The notes: generated by a model from the sequence alone, not told the origin. A DNA stretch of 64,000 nt from the human T2T-CHM13v2.0 reference genome, Homo sapiens (GCF_009914755.1 NC_060935.1); one strand, 5' to 3'. Shown: positions 13,806 to 29,099, numbered from the stretch's first letter. Numbers and translations: made by a program.

Positions 13806-16523
13806 TAAAAGGCTGCTAATTCTGGGTACATTCTTCACAGTCAGAGAGAAGAATAATGTTGAGTCCTAAGCCAACACCTTTTAGGCAGGCAAATTCTGCA
13901 GTTTTATTCATCAGGAAGGCTGGGGAGTTTGCTAACAAATGAAAGCCAACTACCCTCCCTTTACACCTGAGAACTAAAACAGAGATAGGCTTCAATTAAA
14001 GAGAGATCTAAGTTAGCTACAGAGAGGAAGGACTTCCAGCCAATGCAGTTTATTAAAAACTACCAGGGGAGGGAAACTGTAGAGTCAGCATCTCACTCAA
14101 GGTCTTTAAATGTGAGACAGGTTCTTACCTCAGAGATAGTTTGGCCAGGTTTGCTTCAAGGGCAGGAAAATGGAGGAGATGCCCAAGGATTCTGTGATTC
14201 TGATGGATTCTCTGATCCTGATCCTAAACAGGTTGGGATGTGTCTTGGGCCCTGTGCTTTCTGCCCTGAGGACTCAGGTTTCCCCAGCCCAGGGCCCACC
14301 TCTCCTGGCCCCAGCCCCTTGGGACAAGATGCACGGGGAGGAGCCTCTTCCATACCGAGACATGGCAAGGCCAGCCTTGCGGGGAGGTGGCCAGCTTCAC
14401 AGGCCCCATGGGCTTGGCGGCCCATGTGATTTGTTGGAAGCTTGAGACACACTAGTGCTGGAGAGAAGGATGAGGGCAGCCCCTCTGACCCTGGGAGGCC
14501 CCTGACCCTTGGAACATCTTTGTAGTATGGTTTCCCCACACGGTGGCTGCTGCTGGGAGTGGGCCTTGCTGGAGTTTGTTTCCCTTGGATGAGCCTTGTG
14601 GGGTGAGTTGTCCCCTCCCTCTTCTGGGAGGGGTTTGGATTCTCATCACTGACAAGAACAGACACGACAGATCTTTCCTTTAAAGAGGGTGGAGGGAATT
14701 TTGGAGGAAGAGACACTCTGCCCGGTCACGTTCATTTACACACTCAGGCTGGAGCTCTCCTCCGCTCACACTCACACCAGCTCACCTGCAGGTCAGTGGG
14801 TGGGCACCCAGGACTTCCCAGGCCCCTGCTTGAGGGTCACACTCTCACACTTCACAGCAAGGGAAGCAAACTAAAACTTGCTAACCGCCAGGCTCGGGGC
14901 AAGGCGCTTCTGGCACTGTATCTCCTTTAATTCTCACTCTAAACCAATGAGGTAGGTGATACGATCCTCATTTCATAAGTGAGAAAACTGCCTCCCAGGC
15001 AGCCCCGCCTTTTTCAGAGAAGGATTTGAGAGATTAAATAACCTGATGAAGTTCACACAATTGGTTGACAGGCTGAGCCAGGATTTGAACCCATATCTCT
15101 TTGACTCCAGAGCCCATTTTTCCCATGAGGCCTTGCTGCACCTGCCCTGCTCCCTGTATCCACACACCATCCCTGGGGAGAGGCCTGGGAGCCAGAGATT
15201 GAGTGTGACCTCACCATGACTAACTGGGAGGAAATGGGAGGTAGAAGGAGTAGGGAGGGGAAGAAAGAATGGTTGTGTAGGAGCAGCCTCTGCATCTGAC
15301 ACAGACAAGGGGTTGGCAGAAACAGGGGAGCAGAGAAAGAGCCACTGCCCTGGGTGAAGCTCCTGTTGCAAGGCCCCAGGCCAGTTGGTGCAGCCAGATT
15401 CTGGGTGAACCACAGTCCTGAAGTTGCATGAGCAACGAATGCTCATGGCTCATCGGGAAGTTTCCACACTGAGCCTGTTAACTTCCTGGTCCCAGGAAGG
15501 CAGACTGAGTCTGTCTGGGGGAAAAGGGTGGGAAGGTCAAGGGACCCAGAAGCAAGGCCAACCCTCCATCCCCAGGACAGATAAGATAGACTTGAGAGGC
15601 AACAGGCTAAGGCCCTGGATAGGGACTCAGAAGTCCTGGGTTCCAGTGCTGTCTGTCCCTCACTAGTTGCTGCCTTATACAAACCTCTTCTTTCTGGGGT
15701 TCTGTTTCCTGACAAATAAACTGGAAAAGCTTGGCTGAGATGCTGTCTGAGGCCCCAAACAGTCTTCATGTTACGGTGTCATTACTTATCTCTTGCCATA
15801 ATTTGGCTGGTTAGTTGGAATCTGACTTCCACTCGACTTCCATTTTATTTTATTTGTCCATTGAAGAGAAATCAGGAAGAAAGTCACCCTTGAGCTGTAG
15901 AGAGTGAGGGGAAATATGTCACATGGAATTTTTCCAGCCTTTATGATTGTGTGTGAGCCAGCGAAAAGAATCATTTGAAATCTAGAGGGTGAAACAGAAG
16001 GACCCAGTAGGCTGGATCTAGGACCATCCATTCAACCTTTGAATATGCAGCCATTCTTAAGTGCTGGATAGAGAGGTGTCTGTTGTAAGAAGATAAACTG
16101 CAACGATGCATAGTGAATTCTGTGAGAGACATGAGAATGCTAAGCTCTACCTAAGGATATTACAGAAGAGATGGTGTCTGAAGTGGGTGGTGAGGGAAGA
16201 GTAGGGCTTTGACTAGCAGAGAGGGTTGGCAGGAATATTCCAGGCCTAGGGGATAGTGAGTTGTCTCCCTTGCTGGGTTAGGCCAGGCTATGAAGATGTT
16301 GAATGCCTAGCAAAGAAGTCTGGGGCTTATTCTGTGGGCAGTAAGGCGCTACTAGGTGTTCTCAAGCATGACTAGTTTCATTTACTAGAAGAGCATTGGA
16401 GGGGAGTGTGGGTGAGAAGGGAAGGGAGGATGAGTGATGAACTGATGCAAGAGAGGCCCAGTGGAATGCTGCTGTAGCCAGAAATGTGAAGGATACAGAC
16501 AGAGCATGAAAGTTATGCACACA

Positions 16524-16944
16524 GGCCAGGCGCAGTGGCTCATATCTGTAATCCCAACACTTAGGGAGGCCTAGGTGGGTGGATCACCTGAGGTCAGGAG
16601 TTCAAGACCAGCCTGGTCAGCATGGCGAAACACCATCTCTACTAAAAAATACAAAAATTAGCTGGGTGTGGTGGCAGGTGCCTGTAATCCCAGCTACTCA
16701 GGAGGCTGAGGCAGGGAGAATCGCTTGAACCTGGGAGGTGGAGGTGGCAGTGAACTGAGATCATGCCACTGCACTCCAGCCTGGATGACAAAGCGAGACT
16801 CTGTCTCAAAAAAAGAAAAAAAAGAGAGAGAGAGAAAGGAAAGAAAGAAAGAGAGAAAGAAAGAAAAAGAGAGAAAGAAAGGAAGGAAGGAAGGAAGAAA
16901 GGAAGGAAGGAAGGAAGGAAGGAAGGAAGGAAGGAAGGAAGGAA
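16524..16944 (+). mobile_element. Alu (S family) whose tail has expanded into a (GAAA)n/(GGAA)n microsatellite
   Basis: TSD atgcacaca at 16515-16523 and 16945-16953; (GGAA)11 at 16901-16944. Confidence 0.93.
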
Positions 16945-19651
16945 ATGCACACAAACATAGAGCCTGGCTGCCTGGCTGTGAATCCTAGCTCCAGCACTAC
17001 CTGACCATGTGACCTTGGGCAAGTTCTCCAATCTCCATGTGCCTCAATCTTCCCATCTATAAAGTGGGGAGAATAGTGATATCTGTCTCACGGGGTTATT
17101 GTGAGGGTCAAATGATATGTAGCTAACTCTTAGACAAGTATCTTGAACATATACACTGTATATGTGCTATTATTATTACTATTTCAGTAGGCATGGAGAG
17201 ACCCAGCTTTAAGAGATAATTCTGAGATAAGATCAGGAAGATTTTGGCGACAGGTTGGGCATGGACAGCAAAGAAGAGGGATGAGTTAAACATGGCTGAG
17301 AATTCTAGCTTGAGATGCTGAACATTGGTGGAACCACAACCTATCATCAAGAAGACAGGAGGTGGAACAAACTTATCCAGATGATGGGAGGAGAAGGAGG
17401 GGCAGAGAATGAGCTTTGGGAGCCCAATGCATGGCAAGAAATTTGGATCTGGAGCCCAGGAGACAGGCAGGACTGAAGATGCATATTGGGGAGTTGCCAC
17501 TGGATCATATTACATGGAGTGATGAGAGGGAATGGGATTACCTGGGGAGGATGTGCAGAGTGGGAAGAGGACCAAGGACAGACCTGGAGAAGGGCACTTA
17601 AGGGACAGGCTGAGGAGTGGATGTCTATAGATGAAACTAGGAAGGAAGGTCAAAGGGACAGGAGGGGAGCCATGCTCACAAAGGAGAGATGTTCATGAAG
17701 GTGGGGAAAACCAACAGCATCAGAGCATACGGAGCAATACAGTAGAGTCTGAAGCCTAAAAGTTGGCTAGGAACTTGGAAGTCAGGCAGGCAAGGATAGC
17801 CTCTGCCTGGTGTCTGTCTGGTCCACAGTGAGAGTGGATGTCAAGCTTGCTGCCACTGAGGGGTGAGTAGGAGTCAAGGAAATGATGGAGACTTGGACTG
17901 TAGAATTCCCTTTCGAGGAATAGGGTGATAAAGAGATGGAGGTGTTTGGCTTAAGATGGAGGCAGTGTGAAAAGAAGGCTTTTGTGGAGGAAGGGGACTT
18001 GAGTGAGTGTGGCCTGGGAAAGCTAGGAAAGGCAGTGCAGGAGAAAGGAAAGAGGGATCTGGTGGTGGCAGTGGGAGGACCCCAGTGGAGGGCTCTTCTG
18101 AGAGGGAAGGAGGGTTGAGTGCCCTGGCAGTTGTGTTCAGGAGCCCAGGGCACAGCTGTCCTTGCCTGGAGTCTCTCCACTCCATTTCCTGCTCTTTGGG
18201 CCACCAGCTAACTTCAGAAGAAAACTGGGAGGTAGAATTGGATTAAAGGGGCTTGGGGGTTCCAAAATGACAACTGCATACGTAGGTGGCCTCACACCTG
18301 CTCTGTTCCGGTAACTTCTGGAACCCTCATCTTCCAGGGCCATGGATTTCCACCAGGCAGATCAGGACAGTGTTTTATGTATGCTGTTGAGCATTGTGTT
18401 GCTTGAAGACCTCCCAAAAGTCCTGTGAGGCCAGAAGAGAGTCTGAAGCAAGTTGGCAGCTGTCCTTGTCCCACGTTTCCTGCCCCAAAAGCTGAGAATC
18501 AGTGGCCTGGGGTTTCCTCTCAGCCCCACACTTGGCAGCATTCTAAGCTCACCTGCACCAATGGCTCTCCCATGCCTGTTTCTGGACACCTGCGCCAGCT
18601 CGTCCTGAGGAGTTGCCCTGGTGTGCCCTAGTGTAGCATTTAGTTTTAAACCAACTGGGATTTTCCATCATTGTTTTGTTGAATGTGACCAACCAACTAC
18701 CACGGTTCTCTAGCTGCTCCGAGTACAAATTGACTTGTAATTAATTGGCTCGTTGGGGCATCTTCTTTAAAATCAACAAGATTCAGGTACGGAAAGGTCT
18801 CCAAGGACCCAGAATGATGGAGAGGTTTCTTCAGGGAGGCCAGTGAGGGAAATGCAGGGGCAGCAGTGCCAGGCCCTGGAGTTGGCAACGGAGGGTCCGT
18901 GGTGATGGCAGAGTAAGTGCCCCCCCACAACCAGGAGCAGCCTCAGGACAGCAAGCACCAAAGCCACTGAGCCTGAGAGAGCAAGGGAGGGAATGAATAG
19001 GCCATGTTGGATTGTTTAGTTCCACAAACCTGCACTTAGCTGACTATTAGGAAGACACAGAAGAGTACATCATGGTCCCTGCCCACAGGAGCTCCCAGCC
19101 CAGTGGGGAAGATGTAGGGTCTGCCGCAGAGAGGGAGGTCAGTGGGGCTGGTTCAGAGGGCCTAAGAAAGCCATGCCAGGAGAATAGAGCCTCAGGGTAG
19201 TGGGTCCAATGGAGGGAGGCTCCGAGACCTCTTTGGGAGGATGAGAACTGAGGGCTGAAAGACTCTTGTTCCCCTGAGGATTGCTTGCTTCTGTTCCAGG
19301 ATCCAGCCTCCAGTCCTGTACTTCCTGGTGGACACAGGATTTGGGGGTGGTGGGGCAGGGCAGGGCGGGGCAGGCTAAGAAAGAGAAGAGGATGAGGAGC
19401 CAACAAACCACATTTTGCTCAACCCTAAGCAGTACAGCTGGGTTTTCAGGGTCAGTCTATAATAACCTCTCTCTCCCCTCCAAAATGTCAAAGCAGAAAT
19501 TTAAATGCAGGAGCCTGACAGATAGAGCTATGTTGGAGATACGGTTTTGATGCCTGGCCACAACAGGCTTTCTAAGACCTCACTGCAGAATTAAACACAT
19601 CCACTAGGCACAGATAGAGCCGGCAGAAAACAGACCTGAAAGCACCCTCCT

Positions 19652-20103
<452 letters not shown>

Positions 20104-20279
20104 AAAGCACCCTCCTAGTCAACAGGCAGATCTGGACAGAAGGCCCATATGGGACCAAGCCACACCCTCCACCTCCTTCTAACCCTGATGTTCTCAGTTT
20201 TATCAGATCCAGTGTCTCTTGTAATGAGGCTCCTGTAAAACCCCTTTAATATCTTAGAGTGAAATTTATAGAAAACATA

Positions 20280-20579
20280 GGCCAGGTGCGGTGCCTCACG
20301 CCTGTAATCCCAGCACTTTGGGAGGCTGAGGCAGGTGGGTCACCTGAGGTCAGGAGTTCCAGACCAGCCTGGCCAACGTGGTAAAACCCCATCTCTACTA
20401 AAATTGCAAAAAAAAAAATTAGCCGGGCGCAGTGGCTTATGCCTGTAGACCCAGCTACTCAGGAGGGTGAGGCACAAGAATCACTTGAATCCGGGAGGCG
20501 GAGGTTGCAGTGAGCTGAGATCACACCACTGCACTCCAGCATGGGCAGCAGCGAGACTCCGTTACAAAAAAGAAAAAAC
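20280..20579 (+). mobile_element. Alu (S family)
   Basis: Full-length Alu consensus with A-tail. Confidence 0.92.
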
Positions 20580-21526
20580 AGATATACAAATAAAAATCAG
20601 TAATATTGTCTAATTTGAATAAAAAGGAAAAAGCAAAGTAATTTATAAAACAATGTGTATTTCAGCAGGTATATCCTTAGACATATTCCCCTAAAAGGTT
20701 TAATGAGACAGTAGGTCCCTCATGCCTCTATGAGTGTGACAGACACAAGTACAGGCTGATATTGGTATGCTATCCTGGCTGCTCAAAAGCCACAATCTTT
20801 CAAAGTGTTAAACAACTCTTTGTAAAGCTCCAGCCAAATCTAATACTTCCTCAATTAACACAGAAAATGGCATCCCTGGGTAAAATGCATATTAAGAGTG
20901 TGTAAAAGATACTTTGTGTTCACATAAAAAATAGAGTTGGGTTTTGGGCTTATATGATTATAGTCAGGCTGTTCACCGACACAGATGTCCGGTGGGGCAC
21001 TTGGAAGTCATATAAAAAGTTGTATGGGATGCAAAGAAGTGTTTATTTGATACTGTCTTCTACAGCGCAAGATGTCTAGAGTACCTGCCCTCAGCCCAAT
21101 AAATGCAAACCACGCCTCCTAATTATTAAGACAGCCAGAGAAACCACGCCACAGATTTCAGAAAACATCTCCCGGGGTAGCTGTGATCCCCAGTGAGAAC
21201 GAGTGACCTTGACCCACCAAGGGGATAAGTCACTTCTCTTACCAGGAGACAGAGCCAGATGTGACTGGCTGGAGACTTTCCACATAGAAATACAACACCA
21301 GGAAAAGGCGCCCCCAGAAAGAATGCATACAGCCTCTGCCCTCAGAGAACTTACTTGCTGTTTATCCAGTGAGGGAGATGGGTCTGAAAAATTCCTAAAA
21401 ATGTCAGAGCAAGGGGTGTGTAAACCAGCGCCACCCCCACAGGGAATGAGCTGCGCTGACTGAGTGATTAGGTGGATATGGAGCAGAATGTTCAGGCAGG
21501 AGATAATTGGCAAGATTAAATAACTC

Positions 21527-21704
21527 TCCATGGACACAAGGGCCTGTCAGGGGGTGGAGGGCAAGGGGAAGGATAGCATTAGAAGAAATACCTGATAAAA
21601 TGACGGGTTGATGGGTGCAGCAAACCATCATGGCACGTGTATACCTATGTAACAAACCTGCACATTCTGCACATGTATCCCAGAACTTAAAGTATATATA
21701 AAAA
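21527..21704 (+). mobile_element. 5'-truncated L1PA insertion (3'UTR end only)
   Basis: L1 3' terminus ...gggtgcagcaaaccatcatggcacgtgtatacctatgtaacaaacctgcac...cagaacttaaagtat; 15-bp TSD aagattaaataactc at 21512-21526 and 21705-21719. Confidence 0.93.
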
Positions 21705-21759
21705 AAGATTAAATAACTCCCTTCTCCAAAGTGATGTCCCCATTGTAGTCAAGATACTA

Positions 21760-23380
21760 TAATAATTATAGCATTTCTTGAACTCTGACTGTATGCCGGG
21801 CATTGAGTATAAAAGGGTTTAGCAACCCTGTGAAGTAGTTGTCATCATTCCTATTCCATAGATGGGAAAACTGAGGCACTGAGAGGTTAGGGAATTTTCC
21901 CATCATAACACTGTTCACAGAGAAGTCTGTATTTAAAGACAGGCTTGCCAGACTCCCGACTCTGTGGTTCTCCCCCCACCACTGCCTGCTTGTCTCGGGA
22001 GGAGGCCGTGTGATATGGTGGTTGGGTCATATTGTCTGTATTGGTCAACTCCTCTGCGCCTCTGATTCCTCATGTGAAGATGAGAACAGTAAGAGTATCT
22101 ATTTCCTAGGGATGGCGTAAGAATGAATAGAGTTAAGATCTATAAAGTACTTCGAATAATGTCTGGTATACAATAACGCACCAATAAACATTAGCTCTTA
22201 TTATTTTCTGATGAATAAGAACCCATCATTTTCTCCACCACCCTTCTCCCTGTGTGGTTACTTAGCTGGGCTTGCACCAGGTTGGAGGGCTGCAGATGCT
22301 ATTAGAGAGGTAATTTTTTTCTGGAATCCATCATCTCCCAATCTCAGCCCCACCGCCCTCTGCAAGCGTGGGCGGGGAAGCAGTTGGTAAACGTGTTTGT
22401 TTTTGGAGAGGTGGGAATTTGTCCTCTTTTGCCAGCCATGCTTGGTGCTTTGGCCTGAGGCTCAGGTGTCAACTGTTTCCTGTTTGTAGCCTGGGCAGCA
22501 GCCCCAGTACTGGGTGGACCAAGCCCTGTGGCAAGCCCCATAATGAACAGCACAGAGGAACAGGAACAGCTGTCTGAGTTCTCCAGAAGCCTGTGCCTAG
22601 TACTTGCTGGTCTACCAGACAGCCCCAAACACCACCAAAAAGCCCCTCTGCAGCATGGGGTTTGGGCCTAGCTGATTCCGGCTCCAGCACTGGCATGAGC
22701 TCTGCATGCATTCTGGATGGGTAGCGGAGACCGAATGCTCGTCTTGGCTCAGGTGTTGGGTGGAGAACAGTGAGAATGAAGGAGGGAGAAGAAGGTAGGG
22801 GTCCTTCACCTGATTGTGCAGGAGCCAAAAAGTGGCTTCTCTCTGGAGATTTCAGTGAGTTGCCTTTGGTGGATGCAGACACTGATGACACTAAAAGCAG
22901 GGCCAGGCCTTCCCTTTTTCAAGCAGGCGTCTCTTTGGAGCAAGGCTTTTGAAAGGGAAGCTGGATTTAGCCCCAAACAATAACAGGGGAAGTTAATACT
23001 ATTTATTGAACCTTCAGTTTATAACAGGCAGTGGGTTGAGTGCTTTGCAAGCAGTATCTCATTTAAACCTATAGCCACCCAGAGCAGTAGATTTTATATT
23101 TCCATTTTAAAGATGAAGAAACTGAGGCTAGGAGAGGTCAAGCAACCTGCTTAGAGCCAGAATTCAAACCAAAGTTGAAGTGCTGTGCCAGGCACTTTAC
23201 ATAGGTGATATCTTACTTGAGATTACCTAATTAATCCTTACAACAGCCTGGTGAGGTAAGCATTATTCTTCCCATTATAAAGCTGGGGAAACTGTAGCTC
23301 AGAGAGGTTAAGTAACTTGCCCAAGGTGGAGCTCAGATGTAAGACAGGCCTGTCTGACTTTCTACCATACCAGGCTGCTT
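21760..23380. mobile_element. Cluster of MIR fragments; many more MIRs occur across the window (e.g. ~670-860, 14880-15120, 24520-24760, 33320-33520, 43880-44090, 51940-52130, 57300-57480)
   Basis: MIR core motifs such as gatgggaaaactgaggcactgagaggttag and cctcagtttcctcatctgtaaaatg. Boundaries are approximate. Confidence 0.7.
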
Positions 23381-25098
23381 TTGAGAGAAAGAGGACAGAC
23401 AGAGAGAGAGAGAGAAAAAGAGAGAGAGAGAGAGTGTGTTTGTGTGTGTGCACTCCTGCAAATGAGACATGACCTAATGTTACCCAGAGCCCCTCACTTG
23501 ACATGTGTCCAGTACTTTTCCATGTTTCCAAAGCCCTGTCAGTCATACCAACACCCGCAGACCTCTTCTGGCTGAGGCTTGCCAGCAGAGATGGTAGAGA
23601 TAGTATCTGCAGGCTCAGGGAGGGTTGCCAGGTAAAGGGTGGGGTGGAGAAGTGTTCCCACCCAAAGAGGGTTCCCCTGGCCCTTCGAGAAGCCGCCTCC
23701 CTGGGCCTGTGCGTGAGAAGGGTCCAGGGAAGAGGCAGTGTTTGCCTGTGTGTGCCTGCAGGGAGGGGGCGGGCCCTGGCTTTCTCTTTGCCCCCAAGTC
23801 AAAGAGGGCTCTGCCTGCAGCTCTTGTAACCAACCAGAGAGTCGTCTTCTCCCAGAATCATAGCCTTGGCTAAAAATAAACTTTTTCCACCTTAAAGCTT
23901 CCTTCCCCCTAGTCTGACCCTTAAGCGGCTTTGGAGGCCACCCTGGGGCTCAGGTGCTGTTTCTGTGTCCCTGTACACTTCCTACCTGATACCAGGTCAC
24001 AGCGAGTTTTATGTCCCTCTCTGCTTGACAACTTCCAGAGGGCTTCTCTAAGCCAATAGGTTTTTTTCCACTCACAAGAACTGTGTCAAGGGGGTGTTAG
24101 TGCTCTCATTTAACAAAGAAGATAACTGAGGCCCAAACGGTTGACTGGCCTGCAACTCAGTAGCAGAGCCAGGACTTACTCCATTCCCTTTTCTCTGTGA
24201 CTGCTGGATCACAGGGGCTGTGCTCACTACAGGTCTGTTATCTCCAAATCCAGCTTGTCCCACTGATCACCGCTGCCTTCATGGCCCCCATACCCTCCTT
24301 GACCTCTGCTGCTTGTGTTCAGATCAAGTGTTGAGACTTCCCTCCCTTTTCCACCAAAGCCCTCTTGGCTCCCAAATGCTGAAGATAACTTAGTTCACAT
24401 CCTGCTGTGCTTTTCTTTCTTGGCAGCCCCTCCCCTGCGCTGGCATCTACTCATATTTCCTCCCGTATACTTCATCAGCACGGACTGCTGTGGGGTGTCC
24501 CTGGTTCCAGTCCTGTAGCAGACAGTGTGGTTGCAGATCGAGCTCTGGCATTACACAGACCTGGCTTTGAATCTTGGCTCCACCAACACAATCTGTGTAA
24601 CCTGGTGACTTATGCTCTCCAAGTGTCAGTTTCCTCTCTGTTCAATGGGAGGAAAAATAGGATCAACCTTATAATGCTGTTAGGAGGAGGATTCAATGAA
24701 TCTTGAGTGTAAAGTGTCTTGGACACAGTAGACACTCAATAACTGTGAGTTGTTGTTATTCCCATTGCAACAATTTAGCAGCAATGTTGGTTCCAGTTGC
24801 CCCATTTCATATCCATGTGGCTCCAGTTCACCCCTTCTTCTTAGCTTTGCCCTTGGAAGGCTCTGAAGACCTCTGGTTCCTCCGTTTCCAGATGACAGTG
24901 CTTCTCAGATTCCCCCAACTGCTGGCCTTCTTCTGAGTGTTCTTACCTGTGCCCTGGTGCTTCACTCAGTCATTACTAAAGCAGTCATAAGAAAGCCATG
25001 CTTTCGGTCTGGGCTATGCACTCAGTCTGGGCCAGGCAAACACAGGCATGCCTCACTATACCTAACAGGGTGGTTTTTGAAATGTTGTATACAAATCA

Positions 25099-25515
<417 letters not shown>

Positions 25516-26556
25516 TTAGAGCCAAATATCATCTATAGGCTTTGCTTAAAGCAAGTTATACATTAAGATTTTTATGTTTATATTTTCCCCCTTGATGACA
25601 TCTCACAGTGTGTGATCCTAACAAGAAATTTTTTAAAACTTAACCTAGGCCATCACTGTGGATGGTTTCATCTGAGGGCTTGGAAGTGGGTTTTGCGGGC
25701 CACTTATGTAGCTGGCAAACTGAGCCTAGGAAGATTTGGATACCCAGTCACTGGCAGTAAACATGGGTTCCTGCAGAGGCCAATGGTGGAGAGCTGTGCT
25801 CCTAGCTCTGGGCTGGGACTTTTGCAAGTGTGGCTGAGAAGAGTGATCAAGCTGGACTTGGACTCTAAGGCGAGAGCTGCCAAGCCAGAGAAGGCTAACC
25901 ACTCTGTCTGGGAGGAGGAAGCAGTGAAGCTGCCTGAAGACAAGGAGTCCCTCCCTAGGTGTCTGACATGAACCAGAACCAACTTCCTTTCTGAGGATTT
26001 GGTGCCTCCCTTAAGGATGGCCTGTCAGCTTGGAAGAGGGCAGCTTTCTGGCTATTTAGGGCACTCCCCAGACTGTGTAGAGGCTGCACTTGCCCACGTG
26101 ACCTGGGAGAGACAGGTGCTTTTCTGGCATAAAGCAAGGTATGGAGCAGCAGCATCTGGGGTTTGTGACTTTGTCCAGGATGTGGCAACCCAGCAGCATC
26201 CAGTGGGCTGCCCCGTCCTGCTCAGGCAGGCCTCTGAGGATCTGGGGAGTCCAAGTGCATAAGAGGCCTCCAGTTCCCCTCCTTCCCTGGGCCCTAAAGA
26301 CTTCCAAGTACCACCTGGGAAGCAACGAGAATCCTGTCTGGAATGATGGAAGCTCCCGAAAGCAGAGAGGAACAGAGAAGTAGGCATCTTGATTCTGGTT
26401 TGCATGAGCCCTGACCCTAGCCTGCCCCCACCCACTCCCTTCTCCCCACTTCCCATCTCATTCTCAGGTTCCTGTTCATCTTTCCAAACTCAGTTCAAAT
26501 GCCTCATTCTCCAACTTACCCCCTCCACTACCTCCACCTGTGTGCCTTAATAGGCT

Positions 26557-26558
<2 letters not shown>

Positions 26559-26606
<48 letters not shown>
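26559..26606. repeat. (GT)24 microsatellite
   Basis: Read directly from the sequence. Confidence 0.96.
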
Positions 26607-26607
<1 letters not shown>

Positions 26608-26729
26608 TGCCCTGCCCACCAGTCAGTGGAATATTTGGGAAAAGGGTCTGTATCATATTTATGGTAGAACAGTGCCTGTGCGGTTCAGTTACTGGTGCAT
26701 TCAGTAAGTGTGTTCTAAATAAATGCATG

Positions 26730-27000
<271 letters not shown>

Positions 27001-28596
27001 GCACGGTTGGATTATTGGGCTGAACCTCTCCACCTGCCTATCACCCCGCTTCCTGGGGGCCACGAATGCCCATCTCCTCTGCTCTTGTGGCTGCTTTGCT
27101 CCCTGTTGTCTTTTCTTGCATCCAGTGATCCACAAAACCTGCCCCCTTTTCCCAGGAAGGTGAACTTGTTGGCTTTATGCAAATAGAGTGTGGAGTGGGC
27201 TCCATCCAGTCAGCTCTGGTAAATATTGCCTAACCCTACCACTTGCCGGCTGGGCCCGGGAGCTATTTACAGAGGCATCTCAGTGTTGGCTTGGTGGTTG
27301 TTGGGTGCTAGGGCCTAGCCTCTAGGGACCCGGAGTGTGTGCAGGACTCTGACCAACCCAGTTTGAGGTTTGTAGTTAGATCAGCTAATTATCCCAAGCC
27401 AGAACAGGGCTCTTACTAAACGCCCCTTAGGAAGTAACGTGGCCATCCTGGGGCTGCCTCTCCTGGCCATTTGAATGGAAACAGTGTGGTTGGGGACATC
27501 CAGTGACACATGACATCACTGTAACATTATTTTTCATAAACTGTGGAGATAAATTTGTGTTGAGCCTTTAGCCCCGGGGTGAGTGTGAAACTCACAGACT
27601 TTTAGGGCTAATGGGTCCTTGAGGCCGTCTGTCCCCTGTTCTCAGCAGCATCCCACAGAGCCCCGCTGCTCTGACACAAGGCTGTCTTCCTCCTTTTAAT
27701 CCTGTGTGTTGACACGTTTGTTTATTCATAATATAATGTCTTTCACCCTCAGCGGTGAAATTTTAAAAGGAGAAATGGAGTGCAGGTGTACAGAACTAAA
27801 TATATTCCATTTTTATCGTTCAAGATTTTGCATTTTTGGTGTTAAAATATTTAGTGCACGTAATGAAACGAAGGTCAGAGTCGGTGATGTTAGTTACTTT
27901 ACTATTCTTATTTGGCAAAATAAAACAACTGTATCTGACTCTAAAAAAAGAAATGTTTACTAATCATGAGCCTCAAAAGCCTAAGAAAGAGTGATTCCAG
28001 TACGACCTATGCCTCATATACCAATTCTGCTGACACCCCTGTCAGATGGCCTGTGGTCCCAAGTCTCTGCCAAAACTCATCCTGGGTTTTCAGACTTGCT
28101 ACCAGCCTGCTTCAGGACTGAGTGGGTTGAAATGCTAGACGCCATCACCTCTCTTGGTCACTCTGCCCGCTTCTGTTTCAGGGCCTGTGTCTGTCCCAAT
28201 CACATGGCAGCCCTTCAATATTTGAGAAGAGTCATCACCCTGAAATCATCCCTTTTCTGTGTAAATATCCTGGATCTGTAAACGATTCCATATGTTATGC
28301 TGCTGAATGCCTTCCTTAAACCAGTTATATACTTAATACATGAATACTTTCCGGTTATAAAAAAATTTCATAATAAAGATTAAAAAGGAAGATTATTTTT
28401 ATCCCTGTTCATGCTCAGTCCTCTTCCCAGAGGTAACTCCTTTTATCAGGGTAGCGTATATATGTCTGGAAGACTTTTTCTCTGGATATATATTACAAAT
28501 GGAAATGTATAAATTTTTGTGGCCTACACACATATGTACAAATTATACCGTATATATTCTTTAGTGGCTTTTAAAATTTTTAAATAATGTTTATAG

Positions 28597-28983
<387 letters not shown>

Positions 28984-29099
28984 TAACATAATCTTACTTT
29001 TCCATTCCCCAATCGATGGATATTAGGTTGCTTCCAATACTTTATTTTACAACGCTGTGATGAACTCCTTGAATTCGTTTGTGCCTTGTTGCCTTTACA

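Noticed and set aside
14043-14716. Overlapping long ORFs (128 aa +, 186 aa -)
   Set aside because: GC-rich, Pro/Gly-biased sequence with no recognisable domain or splice context.
20190-21200. Possible old hAT-Charlie (MER20B-like) element around the Alu at 20280; a similar one at ~58310-59060
   Set aside because: The resemblance is by eye only and too diverged to assign a family or boundaries without Dfam.
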